Shown here: piece by piece, positions 21,085-31,177 of the stretch
How positions within the stretch are numbered: the first letter of the stretch is position 1
Layout: each line of letters starts with the position of its first letter
NCBI GenBank assembly: GCA_047601445.1
Contig: JASGJH010000001.1
Coordinates: 4,448,001-4,512,000, forward strand
Direction: 5' to 3'
DNA: 64,000 nucleotides
Source of the DNA: Myxococcales bacterium
Lineage (GTDB): Bacteria; Myxococcota_A; Polyangia; Polyangiales; DASUME01
Notes under the pieces: model-generated
Database searches by the model: none
Seen by the model: only the letters and a program-made list of their open reading frames with translations
What the model was told of the DNA's origin: nothing
Translations under genes and position numbers: made by a program

Positions 21085-24000
21085 TCACAGGATGGTGCCG
21101 AACGTCACCGTCACGGTCTTGTTCGCAGTCACAGGGAAGGTGCAGGTGTCGTCATACTGCTTGCACCCCGACGATCCTGTCGTGCTCCATGAGTCGATGA
21201 AGTCGCTCGTGTTGGTATTCTTCAACGTGATGGATGCGCCGTAGTTCACCGTCGTGGTGCAGTCACCCGGACACGCGACTGACGGGCCGCTCACCGTGCC
21301 GTGCGTGTAGTTCGTCCCGCCACTGATCATGTCCTTGATCACCACGGTCACCGTGAACGTCTTGAGCGCGAAGTTGGCGGTCACGGACTTGGCCGCGGAG
21401 ACCGTGACGGTGCAAGTCGAGCTCGTCCCGGTGCAGGCGCCGCTCCAGCCGGTGAAGTTGGAGCTCGCCGCTGGCGTGGCAGTGAGCGTCACCACCGTGC
21501 CCGCGGGGTAGAGCTCGGTGCAGTCGCTACCGCAGTTGATCCCAGTCGCACTCACCGTTCCCGTGCCGTTGCCGGTCTTGCTCACGTTGACGGAGTAGTC
21601 CTGCAGCTTGAAGGTCGCCGTGACCGTTTGTGCTGCCGACATGGTGACCGTGCAGGTCGGGACCGAGGGAGGGCAGCCTCCGCCGCTCCAGCCACCGAAG
21701 AGCTGACCCGATGTCGGCGTGGCCGTAAGGGTCACGGTCGCTCCGTTGTTCAACGTCTCCGTGCAGTCGGAGCCGCAGTCGATGCTGTTCTTGCCCTGGA
21801 TGAGCGGGTTGGGGGCGGTGACCGTGCCGGTGCCGTTGCCGGCCTTCTTAACCGTGAGGGTCTTCGGGCGATTCCCGTCCCAGCTGGCCGGGCAACCATC
21901 CGTGCTATGCAACGAGTACAACTGGCAGACTTGGGCGTCGTTGTACTTGTAGCGAAGCTCGGTCGAGAGGGCGGAGAACAGGTTGTCGTTGCTCAGCGAT
22001 GCGCCCGCGGGCCCGTTGGATGTCGCAAAGCGCTTAATCGCGTCGCGAAGGGTTTGCGGAGTGAGCTGGATCTCTTCGTCCTGGGTCGCATTGTTCCAAG
22101 TGGACGACGACTCCGTCTTGCAGCCCGTCCAGAGAAACGTGTCTGAAGTCTGGGCACTACAGCTCCAGATACCCGTGTCGGTCGTCAACTGCGGACCTTG
22201 GTCGCTCGCCTTGCCATCGCCGACATCGTGGAAAAGGGTGGCAACCCGCGCGATGTGAGTCTCGTAGGGCTGGTAGGTCGCCTTGTGATTGTCATCATAG
22301 GTGTTCACTACGGGACCGTTGCGATGACCAACGTTGGACTCCATGCCGCTGGTGAAGCCCGGGGTGGTGTACGACCAGTAGACCGCGTCTCCGGCGACCG
22401 TGAGGCCGCTGCCGTCGAGATTCTTGACGTAGCTGGTGCCGCCCATGACCTGAGACGAGTACCAGTCTGCGAAGCCTTCGTTGAGATGATTGACCTCGCC
22501 GTCGGACTTGGCCATGGCGTTGACGACCACCTGGCTCCAGACGACGTTGTAGGTCTGCATGCTTTCGTTCGCGAGCAGGTCGCAGAACACGAAGTGCCCG
22601 TACTCGTGCGCAGCGACGTTGCGAGAGTCGACAGTTGCGTCCGGCAGGACGATGTCCGTGGCATAGGCAAACTCGAGCGCGATGGATGCCGTGATGCCTA
22701 CGAAAGGTGCACCGGCCAGAGCGCCCGCTTGAACGAGCGCGTCGGCGTAGGAGTTGACCATCGAGTTCGGCGCCTTGCGTGCTGCCAGGCATGGCGTGAA
22801 CGCTCGATGGTCCGAGGCTGCAGTCAGCGCGTTGGCGAGCTTGCCCGTTTGCACGGTCGCTTTCTTGGGCGTGTAGCCGAAGGCCTCCGCGGCGAACTTG
22901 CGCGCGTCGATGAACTGCGCGAGCTGGAAGACGTTCTTGTCCGACGTGCTGAAGCTGTAGGGCGCCGGAGTGGCCGAGTTGGGCGTGAAGGTAAAGCAGT
23001 GGCGCGGCACGCGGATGAAGCCCGCTTCGAACGAGAAGCCCGCCGAATCCATCTCGATGCAGCTCCGCGTCTTGCGATCACGGCGCACGGTAACCTTAAC
23101 GAGACCGCTATCGTCCGTGGTGCCCGGGTAGAGTGACATGCGGCCAAACTGCGTCGTCGTGATGCGGGTCTTCGAGAGCGTCAGCTCCTTTCCAAAGCGG
23201 GCCGCATCACCCCAGGCTCGGGTTGCCGCGGTGTACGTGCTGCCTGGCGTCCCAACGTGGAACTGAACGGTGACGTCCGACGTGGGCAGCACGGCCGTGA
23301 CCAGCTTACCGACCGCGGTCCGTGCGGCGTCGACCACCGCTTTGCCGGCATCGCGCACTTTACGCGCCCACTTTCGAAGGCGGCGGCCGAAGCGCTTGGT
23401 GTCTGGGCCTTCGCACGTCAGCGAAACCGCCAGTTTCTTGTCGGTTCCGACGCACGGGTCGCCGAACACCGAATTGTCCGCGAATACGGAGCACGAGGTC
23501 TTTCCGACGCATGCGTTCGCCACCAGGGTGCGCGAGTTGGAAGCGTCGCAGGTGCTGAGCGCGAAATCCGGATAGCTGCCAGTGGGCGTGCCATAGCTCG
23601 CGAACGGAACGTCCACGATGGTCTCGCCAGTAGGACAGGCCAGGTTGAGCGTGGCGTATTCATTGACCACGGTGCCCACGGGATCGCCAGCCAAGGTGGC
23701 GTCGAGCGGCGCGTCGCCCGTGTCGGTCACCTGCATGGTCGGCGGCGCCCAGACGAGCAAATTGTCCGCGAGGTACGACCAGGACACCGTGCCATCGGCG
23801 TTCAGCGCGGCGGCTGGCGCCTGGCGAAGCTGGACGGCCTTGTACGTGAACTCGCCGCCGAGCGCTGCATCGCGAATCCCGTTGTAGACCTGGGCCGGCA
23901 TGAGCGCGTAGACGTAGAAGCCCCCGTCGGTGTCGGATCCGGTGAAGTCCTCGATGTATTCGTCGTCCGGCGCCTGCTCGGAGTCGAACAATGGCGTGGC

Positions 24001-24474
24001 GTCGTAGTGCACGCCCATCTCTTCGAGCTCACGCAGGTGCTCGGGCTCCGTCACGTAGACCTGCACGTAATAGATTGGCATCGTCGCTTGCAGATCGTCG
24101 ACGGTGCTCTTGGTCACCTTCCCCGTGGGCTCGGGCACCGGCAGGGCCTCCGTCTCCTCCCACGAAAACGAAGCCACGAGAGCATCGATCTCTTCAGGCG
24201 TGTACTGCGACCAGACCGGGACCCCATCTCGGGTCTTTCCGCGCGCAGGTGGATTTTCGACATGAGCCTCGAAAGTCGCCTGTGAAGGTGCACTCGCGTC
24301 CAGCGCTTGGTCGCCTGGAGGCGACTTTGTGTCGATATCTGCCGAGCCCTCCCCATCGAAATCCTCGGCACCTTCGAAACCACTCCCTGGCCCAACGCAC
24401 GAGATGGCCAACATCAGGCTCATCAACGTGAGGGCAGCTTTCACTCGCCCTGTTCTTCTTGAATGACAACGCAT
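21085..24474 (-). CDS. large lipoprotein: SUEL-type galactose/rhamnose lectin domain + gluzincin metallopeptidase + 3 InlB B-repeat-like domains
   Basis: AIS-C lipobox; FASYG...C...CVGKTSC...FGDPCVGTDKKL (SUEL); HEYGH...NEGFAD; repeats GNGTGTV...C...VTLTATP...GWSG.C. Confidence 0.8.
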   Translation of the reverse strand: MRCHSRRTGRVKAALTLMSLMLAISCVGPGSGFEGAEDFDGEGSADIDTKSPPGDQALDASAPSQATFEAHVENPPARGKTRDGVPVWSQYTPEEIDALVASFSWEETEALPVPEPTGKVTKSTVDDLQATMPIYYVQVYVTEPEHLRELEEMGVHYDATPLFDSEQAPDDEYIEDFTGSDTDGGFYVYALMPAQVYNGIRDAALGGEFTYKAVQLRQAPAAALNADGTVSWSYLADNLLVWAPPTMQVTDTGDAPLDATLAGDPVGTVVNEYATLNLACPTGETIVDVPFASYGTPTGSYPDFALSTCDASNSRTLVANACVGKTSCSVFADNSVFGDPCVGTDKKLAVSLTCEGPDTKRFGRRLRKWARKVRDAGKAVVDAARTAVGKLVTAVLPTSDVTVQFHVGTPGSTYTAATRAWGDAARFGKELTLSKTRITTTQFGRMSLYPGTTDDSGLVKVTVRRDRKTRSCIEMDSAGFSFEAGFIRVPRHCFTFTPNSATPAPYSFSTSDKNVFQLAQFIDARKFAAEAFGYTPKKATVQTGKLANALTAASDHRAFTPCLAARKAPNSMVNSYADALVQAGALAGAPFVGITASIALEFAYATDIVLPDATVDSRNVAAHEYGHFVFCDLLANESMQTYNVVWSQVVVNAMAKSDGEVNHLNEGFADWYSSQVMGGTSYVKNLDGSGLTVAGDAVYWSYTTPGFTSGMESNVGHRNGPVVNTYDDNHKATYQPYETHIARVATLFHDVGDGKASDQGPQLTTDTGIWSCSAQTSDTFLWTGCKTESSSTWNNATQDEEIQLTPQTLRDAIKRFATSNGPAGASLSNDNLFSALSTELRYKYNDAQVCQLYSLHSTDGCPASWDGNRPKTLTVKKAGNGTGTVTAPNPLIQGKNSIDCGSDCTETLNNGATVTLTATPTSGQLFGGWSGGGCPPSVPTCTVTMSAAQTVTATFKLQDYSVNVSKTGNGTGTVSATGINCGSDCTELYPAGTVVTLTATPAASSNFTGWSGACTGTSSTCTVTVSAAKSVTANFALKTFTVTVVIKDMISGGTNYTHGTVSGPSVACPGDCTTTVNYGASITLKNTNTSDFIDSWSTTGSSGCKQYDDTCTFPVTANKTVTVTFGTIL

Positions 24475-24640
24475 GAATTTTCTCTCCGCATGAGTCCGTG
24501 ACGCAGGGAAGTGTCGGCCGCGTCGGAATTCTTAAATCAAAGTTCGCAAGAACCCGTCCGCTCACCCCAACCCACGCGCTCCGGCTCTTGACCGTGCTCG
24601 CGGCATCCCGTAGCAAGGCGCGAGGCGCAGCACGGTAGTC

Positions 24641-25711
24641 ATGGAGCGGAGCCCCGATACGTATGCTTGGAGCGAGCTGCTCGCTCATCGCCCCTTCGTG
24701 CAAGCGCAATTGCGGCGCTTCGGTGTTGCTGCAGGGTCGGTCGACGATCTGACCCAGGAAGTGTGGCTGCTGGCGGTCTCGCAGCGACAAGCATTCCGAG
24801 ATGAGCGAGCTGCACGAGCCTGGCTCACCGCGGTCTGTCGGCGTCTGGCCGCCAACCACCGGCGCTCGCGCACGCGTGTGAATGCCACAGCCGACGAGAC
24901 CAAGCTCTCCGACACGGTTCAGGAAGATCAACTCGACGCGCTCGAGGGCGCGGACCTGCGGACGTTGAGCGATATGGCCTTGGCTCGTCTCAAGGACGAG
25001 CAACGAGACGTTCTGTCACTCTACGGTGGCGGCGATCTATCCATGCGCGAGGTCGCCGAGTTGGTGGGAGAGCGTGAGCCGACGGTCTACGCTCGCTACC
25101 GCACCGCCATCGCGCAGCTGGCGCGCGACCTGGCGCGGAACGATCTGCCGCGGAGCGAAGAGGTACGTCCGCACGCCAGGCGGACTCCGCCCTTCCCGAG
25201 CGCCCAGGGCACAGAACTAGAGGCGGACCAAGGCAACCTGATCTTCTATCGCTGCGATTCCGAGATGGTGCTCGGCCGACTAGGCAACGTGGTGATCGCT
25301 CGCTGGCAGCAGCGCGCGTTCGAGCAGAGCTCGGAGAGTCTTGGAACCACCCTCAGCAGAGTCCATGAGCGACTCGGCGCACCGCTCGTCCTCATCAACG
25401 ATGCGGCGCCGAACTTGGTCATGCCCAACGCCTCGGAGCGCCGGACCATGTTGTCGCAGATGTGGTCGACCCGGGGGGCCACTTCGGTGATCGTCGACAT
25501 CTTCGCCGATCACGCGGGTCTCAAGGTGCTGACGGCAGTGCTGACCGGCCTTATGTCCATCACACGTTCCCTGCCGCGCTCGTCGTTTCGCGTGGTCATG
25601 GACATCGACTCCGCACGCCCCTGGCTCGAGCCCCACGCGCGCTCCCTGCAGGCCCCACTGCCTTGGCTAGCAGTACGCGATGCCATCATGTCCGCCCGCT
25701 GCATGGGCTAA
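24641..25711 (+). CDS. ECF-type sigma-70 factor with C-terminal extension
   Basis: Region 2 VDDLTQEVW...AWL...NHRR; region 4 LSMREVAELVG...TVYAR; about 180 extra C-terminal residues. Confidence 0.85.
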   Translation: MERSPDTYAWSELLAHRPFVQAQLRRFGVAAGSVDDLTQEVWLLAVSQRQAFRDERAARAWLTAVCRRLAANHRRSRTRVNATADETKLSDTVQEDQLDALEGADLRTLSDMALARLKDEQRDVLSLYGGGDLSMREVAELVGEREPTVYARYRTAIAQLARDLARNDLPRSEEVRPHARRTPPFPSAQGTELEADQGNLIFYRCDSEMVLGRLGNVVIARWQQRAFEQSSESLGTTLSRVHERLGAPLVLINDAAPNLVMPNASERRTMLSQMWSTRGATSVIVDIFADHAGLKVLTAVLTGLMSITRSLPRSSFRVVMDIDSARPWLEPHARSLQAPLPWLAVRDAIMSARCMG

Positions 25712-26185
25712 GGGCCGCGCGCGCAGCGTGCTCGCGCATGCGGGGCAACGCACCGGTCTACGACCACCCCACCCGCCTCACGTCGCGACGGCACCCGTGG
25801 TTGCTGACGTTTGCCGGCCCATTGAGAGGACGAAACATGTGCTCGCCAGACGGCCCAGCTCTTGCCGCTCGACTGCCGAGTTCGCACGCGCTGCGCACAT
25901 GACCGGCGAGCGCACTACGGAAGGCGCGCGCCCTTCGTCCAAAAGCTAGCGCCTCCAAACACTCCGAAAGAGGCTTAGCGCCTCTCAGAGCCCGCACAGA
26001 CTCTGAAGAGCCCATCTCGATGGCGCCGTCCTTGTACGTCAAGGTCCGCTCGATGGCTGCCGAGCAAGTCGCATCGTCGTCTTTCGCACTTCGATGGACT
26101 GACAACTCGGCTGCGTGGGACATCCGGGAATCCGGCCGGCACACGACGTCTCGCTGCCGTGATATTGATCCAGGCCGTGGTCGCC

Positions 26186-27172
26186 TCAGGGGCGCGGCGC
26201 CTCGTGCCCCGTGAACACCGTGACTTCGGGATGCTGGGCGGCGAAGGCGCGCAGGCGTTCGAGCGTGGCTTGGCCGACCGCGTCTTCGGCGCCGCTCGTA
26301 CCCGACGGACCGACGTCGTGTTCGAAGGCCCAGCGGAAGTGCGTGGCGTCACCGGTGAGCAGCACCGGGCCGGTCTTGGCGTTCACCAGGAACGACACGT
26401 GCCCGCGCGTATGCCCGGGCGTCGAGATGGCCCATACGCTGCCGTCGCCGAACAGGTCGATCGCGCGGCCGAGCGGCAGAAGCTCGGGCGCCGTCCGGAA
26501 GTCTAGCTCCCAGAGGGTTGTGGCGCGTTCGAGGTGTCCATAGCCGAAAAACTGGACCGGATCGTCGGCTTCTCGGGCGCCGGTCACAATCTCCGTCGCT
26601 GGGTCGAGCGCGGGCAGCCCGGCGGTGTGGTCCATGTGCAGGTGCGTGAGGAACAGCGTGCGCGGGCGCGCGCCGAGACGGGCGAGCTGAGCCGCCACGT
26701 CGTCGCCCGGCGCCTGCGTGTAGGGCGCGTCATAGAGCAGCGCCAGCACGGTGCGCGTCGGCCACTGGATGTTGCCGTAGCGGCGCGTGGCGAAGCTCTC
26801 GTCGAGCCCACTGTCGATGAGGATATCTCCGCCTGTCGGGTGTCGCACCAAGTGCGCGAAGACGCGCAGCGGCGTCGGCTCCTCGACGTAGCTGGCAGTG
26901 AGCGGGTGGTCCTGCGCCAACATCTTCTTGCGCGCGACGTGCACCGCACCGGTGTCGAGTGAATACAGCTCGACGACAGGCGCGCGCGCCAGGACCGCGC
27001 TCCACGAGCCGGCCGAGGGTGGCGGCGCGGCCCAGACCTGGCGCGGTAGGCGACGCGCGCTGCCTCGGGTGAGCGCCAGCCCGGTGGCGCCGACAAGGAG
27101 CAGGACGGCGACGCCCCACAGAAGGGCGCGGCGGCGACGCGGGCTACGTACGAGGGGATGAGCGTTCTCCAT
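26186..27172 (-). CDS. MBL-fold metallohydrolase (N-acyl homoserine lactonase-like)
   Basis: THLHMDH, PGHTRGH, GDA, GHE; N-terminal TM segment. Confidence 0.88.
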   Translation of the reverse strand: MENAHPLVRSPRRRRALLWGVAVLLLVGATGLALTRGSARRLPRQVWAAPPPSAGSWSAVLARAPVVELYSLDTGAVHVARKKMLAQDHPLTASYVEEPTPLRVFAHLVRHPTGGDILIDSGLDESFATRRYGNIQWPTRTVLALLYDAPYTQAPGDDVAAQLARLGARPRTLFLTHLHMDHTAGLPALDPATEIVTGAREADDPVQFFGYGHLERATTLWELDFRTAPELLPLGRAIDLFGDGSVWAISTPGHTRGHVSFLVNAKTGPVLLTGDATHFRWAFEHDVGPSGTSGAEDAVGQATLERLRAFAAQHPEVTVFTGHEAPRP

Positions 27173-27198
27173 CCCTTCACGGTAGGGCCTTCGAACCT

Positions 27199-27213
27199 AT
27201 GCATCCAGCGCAT
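27199..27213. promoter_or_regulatory. LysR-type binding site (T-N11-A) between divergent genes
   Basis: ATGC-N7-GCAT in the short divergent intergenic region. Confidence 0.6.
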
Positions 27214-27243
27214 GGGTGGTATCCTCACCATATGCAGAATGAT

Positions 27244-28137
27244 ATGCGTATCCTTGCTGGGGTCGAGCTGTCGCTGCTGCTGGCGCTGCGCGAGATGCTC
27301 GCCACGCAGAGCGTGACGGTGGCCGCGCGCCGGCTCGACACGACCCAGCCCAACCTGAGCCGCCTGCTCGCGCGTGCGCGGGTGCTCTTCGCCGATCCAC
27401 TGCTGGTGCCGGTAGGGCGGCGCATGGAGCGCACTCCCCGCGCCCGCGAGCTTCAGCCGCGGCTCGAGCAGGCGCTCGATTCGATGCGTAGGCTGCTCTC
27501 ACCGGCGCCGCTGCCAGGCGACGAGCCGCGCGTGGTGCACGTGGCTGCCTCGGACTATGCACTCAAGGTGGTGCTCGAGCCGTGGCTCCAGCGGCTGCGC
27601 AGGGAGGCGCCCGGCGTGGTGGTGCGTGTGCAGCCAGTCGGCGCCGACTCGATCGACCCGCTGGCCCGCGGCGAGATCGACCTCGCGATCGCGCCGCGCC
27701 TGCCGCTCGAAGGCATCGAGCAGTTCGTGCTGCGCAAGGTGCTCGACGACCGGCTGGTGTGCGTCGTGCGCAGGAAGCACCCGCGCGTGCGTGGAGAGCT
27801 GACGCTCAGCGGTTACCTGGACCTTGCGCACGTAATGGTCTCGAGCGGGCGCCCCACCCCATCGAACGTGCAGGTGGCGCTGCACCGCCTGGGCAAGACG
27901 CGCCAGGTGGCGCTCACCGTGCCCAGCTTCCTCGCCGCATTGGCGCTGGTGCAGGCGAGCGATCTGGCGGCGGCGTTGCCCGAGCGCTTGGTGCGCGCGA
28001 TGGGCGCACCGGTCACCTGCTACCCGCTACCCTTCCGGATCGATCCGATCTCGCTGCACCTGGCCTGGCACCCGCGGCGCAGCACCGATCCATCGCATCG
28101 CTGGTTGCGCGATGGAATCCTGGCTGCGCAGTCGTGA
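27244..28137 (+). CDS. LysR family transcriptional regulator
   Basis: HTH SVTVAARRLDTTQPNLSRLL...FADPLLV...TPRA; substrate domain ending WH...DPSHRWLR. Start could also be 27232. Confidence 0.93.
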   Translation: MRILAGVELSLLLALREMLATQSVTVAARRLDTTQPNLSRLLARARVLFADPLLVPVGRRMERTPRARELQPRLEQALDSMRRLLSPAPLPGDEPRVVHVAASDYALKVVLEPWLQRLRREAPGVVVRVQPVGADSIDPLARGEIDLAIAPRLPLEGIEQFVLRKVLDDRLVCVVRRKHPRVRGELTLSGYLDLAHVMVSSGRPTPSNVQVALHRLGKTRQVALTVPSFLAALALVQASDLAAALPERLVRAMGAPVTCYPLPFRIDPISLHLAWHPRRSTDPSHRWLRDGILAAQS

Positions 28138-28177
28138 TCCAGCCCGGGTGCGAACTGAACTCCGCCCTACCCACAGG

Positions 28178-28669
28178 TCACTCCCGGCCCGCGACGCCGC
28201 GACCTGGAACGCGTTGCTCGGCGGAGCGACGAGAGATCACGACCACGAACCGGTTTCCCGATCCGACGTGCTCGTAGTGGAGCTCGTCACTCAGCCGCGC
28301 GATGGCGCCCAGACCCGCTGCGATGCCGCCTCTACGCCAGAAGTGGGCCGGATCGATGGGACCTCCGGCATCCGAGCCGTCTTTCAGCGCCGCAGCCAGA
28401 TTGGTGATTTTGGGGCCGCGATCGGTGGCCTCGAGGCGCAGCGCCGGCCCCCACTTGATGTCGTCTAGGCAACTCAGCTCGACGTTGCCCTCCACGCCGT
28501 GCTTCAGGATGTTGGTCGCCAGCTCCGTGGCCACAATCTCGAGGCTCTGGCGCGCTTTCGAACTGAAGCCCTGAGAATCGGCGAGCCCTCTCAGAATTCG
28601 CCGGAGCTCGAAGATGTCGAGGGGGTTACGGACCGGGACCCGGATCGGGGCGTTGACAGCGTGCTGCAC
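28178..28669 (-). CDS. RsbT-like anti-sigma / Ser-Thr kinase (HATPase)
   Basis: IVATELATNILKHG, DRGP, GLGAIARLSDE. Confidence 0.8.
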   Translation of the reverse strand: MQHAVNAPIRVPVRNPLDIFELRRILRGLADSQGFSSKARQSLEIVATELATNILKHGVEGNVELSCLDDIKWGPALRLEATDRGPKITNLAAALKDGSDAGGPIDPAHFWRRGGIAAGLGAIARLSDELHYEHVGSGNRFVVVISRRSAEQRVPGRGVAGRE

Positions 28670-28858
28670 AGCGTTTCTCTCGCGTCACACGAAGGACACA
28701 GCCTCTATCGTCGCGCATTTTGCGCAGATTGTGCACGCGCAATGGCAACGCCGCTGGAACGCGGTCGCCTTCGGGGGGCCCTCAGGGGGAGAAAAAACTC
28801 GCTCTCCACACCCCCATTCCGTCCCCCGTACGATTTTCTAGAGAGGGCCAGATCACCG

Positions 28859-29437
28859 ATGAGCAGCGAGAAGTTGAATCGTGGAAATCACATCATCCCG
28901 CTCCGCGACTACATGAACGCCAAGTTCGACGAAGGCACACGGCGACGCATGTACGAGGGGTTGTCGCCGGACACGCAAGAGATGCTCAAGAAGGTCGCGC
29001 ACGAGGACTGGTATCCCACGCGCATGGTCTCGGAGATGCACTCCGCCATCTTCAATGCCCGCGGCAACCCACAGCAGGGCTACGAGGACATGATCGCCGG
29101 AGGGGCAGCGGTCGCCGAATACTCGGTCAACACCTTCATGCGCCTTCTAATCAAGCTCATGACCCCCGAGATGCTGGCCAAGAAGTGGCCCGCCATCTGG
29201 CTGAAGAGCCACAACTTCGGCGCCATGGAGACGGAGCTCGACCCGAACGATCCGCGCAAACTCAAGCTGATGCTGAGCGACGTGGAAGACTATCACTACA
29301 TCGGACCGACGGTGATGGGCTTTCTCTCCTTCTCTCTCAAGGCGATGGGGAAGGACACCGCCAAGGTCGACGAGCTGGATAATCCCGACAAAACCCGAAA
29401 AAACAGCCGTCGGTACGATTTCATCATCACTTGGTGA
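28859..29437 (+). CDS. myxobacterial hypothetical protein (DUF2378 / V4R-like ligand-binding fold)
   Basis: Start re-called at ATG 28859. Pattern WYP...G...FMRLLIKLMTP...W...G...C-terminal W; strong codon bias. Confidence 0.6.
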   Translation: MSSEKLNRGNHIIPLRDYMNAKFDEGTRRRMYEGLSPDTQEMLKKVAHEDWYPTRMVSEMHSAIFNARGNPQQGYEDMIAGGAAVAEYSVNTFMRLLIKLMTPEMLAKKWPAIWLKSHNFGAMETELDPNDPRKLKLMLSDVEDYHYIGPTVMGFLSFSLKAMGKDTAKVDELDNPDKTRKNSRRYDFIITW

Positions 29438-29458
29438 CGGGAAGTTGGTCGCCTCATC

Positions 29459-30136
29459 ATGGATGCTCCCGGTCGTTCGTCTTCGGGATCCAAGCCCCCT
29501 GGCTTGGGTGACGTGATCCTCAATATCCTGAGCGGGTATGTTTCGAGTATCAACGCCCGGTCCTTGTTGGCGCGCTCGGTAGCGAGCGTCGGCGGCAGCA
29601 GCAGGGACGAGGTCGACGAGAGGAACCTCGCCGCCGTCCTGCAGCGCCTCCAAATCAGCGCGGCGCTGTTCGTACCCGAGGAGCAGCGCGGCGAGCTCCA
29701 GCAGAAGTTCGACCGGCTCAAGCAGGAGCAGAAGTCCAGGGCGCCGCAGGTAGCGGGCGAGGTCGTGCAGATCTCGCAGGAGAGTGACATCGTGTTGGCG
29801 CGCACGCGCGCCAGGCTCTTGTGTGAGCAGCTGGGATCGGGGACCGTGAGCACCCACAAGGTTGCGACCGTGGTGAGCGAGCTGGCACGCAATATCGTCT
29901 CCTACACGCCGGGCGGAAGCATCGAGTTCGCGGCGAGCGCGGGGGCCGGCATGCTGACGATCCAGGCGGTCGATCGCGGCTCGGGGATCAAAAACCTCAA
30001 CGAGATTTTCGAGGGCCAGTATCGCAGCAAGACGGGTCTCGGCATGGGCCTGGTGGGCACGCGGCGGCTGGCGGACTCCTTTCACATCGACACGGGTCCA
30101 AGCGGGACGACGGTGACCGTCAGGATGCGCGTATGA
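29459..30136 (+). CDS. rsbT: RsbT-like kinase with N-terminal extension
   Basis: DIVLAR...VATVVSELARNIVSY...DRGSGI...SKTGLGMGLVGTRRLADSF. Confidence 0.85.
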   Translation: MDAPGRSSSGSKPPGLGDVILNILSGYVSSINARSLLARSVASVGGSSRDEVDERNLAAVLQRLQISAALFVPEEQRGELQQKFDRLKQEQKSRAPQVAGEVVQISQESDIVLARTRARLLCEQLGSGTVSTHKVATVVSELARNIVSYTPGGSIEFAASAGAGMLTIQAVDRGSGIKNLNEIFEGQYRSKTGLGMGLVGTRRLADSFHIDTGPSGTTVTVRMRV

Positions 30137-30717
30137 GCCTCCAAATCGTGGTCTCGTCCGCGCCCATGCCCGGCGAGACGCTGAACGGTGACGCGGTCGT
30201 GGTGCGCGAGAGCGACGAGCTCACGCTGCTTGCGGTGGTCGACGCGCTGGGCCACGGGGAAAAAGCCCACGAAGTGGCCGCGCTGGCCGTGAAGGCCTTG
30301 CAGCAGGCTCCGCTGCACGAGGGCATCGAGCGCATCATGCACGGGTTGGACGCAGCCTTGCGCGGCACGCGCGGGGCTGCGGCGACAGTGTGTCTGCTCC
30401 AGGGGGGCGAACTCTCCGGGTGCGGCGTGGGCAACGTGGAGATGCGCGTGCGGGGCGCGCACGTGCCGTTCACGTTGAGCCCTGGCGTGCTCGGCCGTCA
30501 GGTGCGCAACTACCGCTTTTTTCGCGGGACGTTCAGCGGCAACGCGCGGCTGGTGATGTTCAGCGACGGCCTAGCCGGTCGCTTTGCGCTCACGGATTTC
30601 GATCGTTTCTCAGCGCGGGCCGCCTGCGATGCGCTGATCGAGAAATTTTCGCGCGGGAGTGATGACGTGACGGTGTTGGTCGCGGATGCTGGAGGAACGG
30701 GTGAGTCAAGACGCTAA
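30133..30717 (+). CDS. rsbX: RsbX-like PP2C/SpoIIE phosphatase
   Basis: NGD, VDALGHG, TRGAA, FSDG, DDVT; ATGA overlap with the upstream gene. Confidence 0.85.
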   Translation: MSLQIVVSSAPMPGETLNGDAVVVRESDELTLLAVVDALGHGEKAHEVAALAVKALQQAPLHEGIERIMHGLDAALRGTRGAAATVCLLQGGELSGCGVGNVEMRVRGAHVPFTLSPGVLGRQVRNYRFFRGTFSGNARLVMFSDGLAGRFALTDFDRFSARAACDALIEKFSRGSDDVTVLVADAGGTGESRR

Positions 30718-31174
30718 TCGCATTCCAACCATTCGGCTGTGGGGCCTCTTGTTGGTGCCGCTCCAGGGTGACATCGACGATAGGCAGGGGGAGCTCTTGT
30801 GTACCGACGTGCTCAGCGCCATCGAGCGCTTCAACACCCAAGGTCTGATCATCGACGTGACGGGGCTGTGGCTCATGGACAGCCATTTGTGCTCCGTGCT
30901 CTCCACCCTGGCCTCGGCCGCAGCGCTGATGGGAACGCGCACCGTTCTGTGCAGCTTGAGCCCCGAGATCGCGATCACGCTGCAGACCATGGGGCTGGAG
31001 ATGCCCGACGTGGCCACGGTGCCCTCGCTCGAGGACGCACTGACCATGCTCGGCATCGGACCGCACTACGCCGAGCGCGCCGACGCTGCCGACTTCGACG
31101 AGGGCGAGCCCAACGATGACGCCTACCAAGATGCAGAGGACGAGGAATTTTGGAGCAGCCAAGGAGACCACTGA
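30701..31174 (+). CDS. rsbS: RsbS-like STAS protein
   Basis: IPTIRL...LLVPLQ...GLIIDVTG...MDS...LMG...PEIAITL; GGAGG RBS then GTG; acidic tail. Confidence 0.85.
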   Translation: MSQDANRIPTIRLWGLLLVPLQGDIDDRQGELLCTDVLSAIERFNTQGLIIDVTGLWLMDSHLCSVLSTLASAAALMGTRTVLCSLSPEIAITLQTMGLEMPDVATVPSLEDALTMLGIGPHYAERADAADFDEGEPNDDAYQDAEDEEFWSSQGDH

Positions 31175-31177
31175 GTC

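Noticed and set aside
25758..26144. Short minus-strand ORF after the MBL hydrolase
   Set aside because: Partly protein-like (ERTLTYKDGAIE) but without a credible start or family; left uncalled.
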